Positions 62,981-64,000 of a DNA stretch of 64,000 nt are shown piece by piece. Below the pieces are notes generated by a model. The model was not told the origin of the DNA and searched no databases. It saw only the letters and a list, made by a program, of their open reading frames with translations. Numbering within the stretch: the stretch's first letter is position 1; the number at the start of each line of letters is the position of its first letter. Both the position numbers and the translations under genes were made by a program. The DNA is from Candidatus Zixiibacteriota bacterium (GTDB lineage Bacteria > Zixibacteria > MSB-5A5 > GN15 > JAAZOE01), in NCBI GenBank assembly GCA_030668485.1, contig DAOUTW010000006.1, positions 6,717 through 70,716 of the forward strand, in the 5' to 3' direction.

Positions 62981-64000
62981 TTACCCCTCATCCTCCGCTT
63001 CAACCCCCATCGCCTCGAAATATTGCAACACCCGCTCCCCCCATTCCGGCAATGGGCGCAGACGATCCGGCGGCATCAAGGCACTCATCCGGTCTTTGAT
63101 CTGCTCAAGGTATTCCTTGTCGCCACGCTGGTATGCCACATCGGCTATCCGGAGGAAGCTGGCATAATAATTAATCGCAATCGTTTTGGTCGTCGGGTCG
63201 ATGATGACATTTTCATCGGCAAAGCCACGATAGGAATACTTTTCAAGGAGGTTGACCGTTAACAACTCTTCATTGGGTGGCGGATTCTTGATCGGGGTCA
63301 GGCGATTGACCAACCCCTCGCTGTTGATATACGGCTGCAGCCAGCCGATCCCGCCGGTTGCAGCGATATATATCGGCCGTCGCCACTTGTTATGCTGAAT
63401 CAGATTGAGGATCAATTGATCGGAAATCAATATGTATTGATTGGCTACTGTCGGCGGAATTTCCAGATACATCGAATCGGGAATCGTAACGTCGGCCGTC
63501 AAACCAAAATCGGATGGTCCCCCTTCGACCGGAATGACAACTATAGTCGTATCGGTCCAGGTCTTGACTCTCAGGCTGTCAATTTCGGAGATATCGACCC
63601 CCAATGGCAGATCCGGCTCACGTTTCAGGCTCTGTCGGATAAACCACGAGGTATTGAGGAGGCTGTTGTTGAGCACCGTGACGTCAGGTCTGATCCCCTC
63701 GACGATCTGGAAATGCCACAATGGAAAGGTATCATTGTCGCCAAAGGTGATCAGGATAGCGTCTTCGGGAAGGTTGTTCAACATATTGAGGGCATAATCG
63801 GCAGCGAAATAGTTTTTGGATCCATTGAGTCTGTCAAAGTTGTTGGCGATCTGGTAGCCCGGAATCAGAATTAGCAGAAGCGCAACCTCGTAATAGACCA
63901 GCCAATGCCGTTTGGTTTGAGTCTTAATGAGCCAGATCAGAATCTGCCCGATACCGAAGGCGATCCAGACGGAAAAAATGACAAACGACGGCATATAATG
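62981..64000 (-). CDS. DUF2723-family membrane protein, C-terminal part (5' end beyond window)
   Basis: The frame is open to nt 64000. NNLPEDAILITFGDNDTFPLWHFQIVEGIRPDVTVLNNSLLNTSWFIRQ matches the DUF2723 signature as I remember it. Confidence 0.7.
   Translation of the reverse strand, partial: HYMPSFVIFSVWIAFGIGQILIWLIKTQTKRHWLVYYEVALLLILIPGYQIANNFDRLNGSKNYFAADYALNMLNNLPEDAILITFGDNDTFPLWHFQIVEGIRPDVTVLNNSLLNTSWFIRQSLKREPDLPLGVDISEIDSLRVKTWTDTTIVVIPVEGGPSDFGLTADVTIPDSMYLEIPPTVANQYILISDQLILNLIQHNKWRRPIYIAATGGIGWLQPYINSEGLVNRLTPIKNPPPNEELLTVNLLEKYSYRGFADENVIIDPTTKTIAINYYASFLRIADVAYQRGDKEYLEQIKDRMSALMPPDRLRPLPEWGERVLQYFEAMGVEAEDEG

Noticed and set aside
1-64000. Mobile genetic element, prophage or defence island interpretation of the window
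   Set aside because: I recognised no integrase, transposase, phage structural gene, restriction-modification, toxin-antitoxin or cas signatures. The repeats present are short REP/MITE-like elements without coding capacity.

Overview
This 64-kb window holds about 38 credible protein genes. I saw no rRNA, tRNA, CRISPR array, transposase or integrase. It is probably from an uncultured FCB-superphylum-like bacterium; that guess rests only on three T9SS-type C-terminal sorting domains, and no marker gene is present to confirm it. All domain calls come from motif reading by eye, with no database search. The main theme is extracellular proteolysis. Eleven genes end in the same Cys-flanked, two-repeat dockerin-like module of about 65-70 aa ([28 protein letters not shown] twice, ending CC or GC), and every complete one has a signal peptide. 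They are three tandem M1 aminopeptidases, two C25 gingipain-like peptidases, an M6 InhA-like protease, an M28 peptidase, an M14 carboxypeptidase, a DUF1028/Ntn-type hydrolase, an FG-GAP propeller and one other repeat protein. A divergently transcribed 1219-aa protein (23675..27334) combines a cohesin-like module, a divergent dockerin and a T9SS-type CTD. It is therefore a candidate surface scaffold for a cellulosome-like but proteolytic assembly. A porin, an ECF sigma factor and an anti-sigma factor that itself ends in a T9SS-like CTD lie inside the locus. Signs of module turnover include an in-frame TGA that separates the M28 body from its dockerin, an orphan half-dockerin fragment, and X-modules and MAM-like modules shared between unrelated enzymes. 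Other content: a TPR-sensor sigma-54 enhancer-binding protein followed by two palindromic upstream sites, a -24/-12 promoter and a short terminated transcript (candidate sRNA). There is also a beta-helix protein with about 16 near-identical 69-bp thrombospondin-type-3 repeats, and housekeeping genes (rarA, mscS, Nudix, M24, methyltransferase). A MacA/MacB-like pair lacks an adjacent ATPase, a DUF2723 gene is partial at the window end, and several families of GC-rich palindromic intergenic repeats are present.
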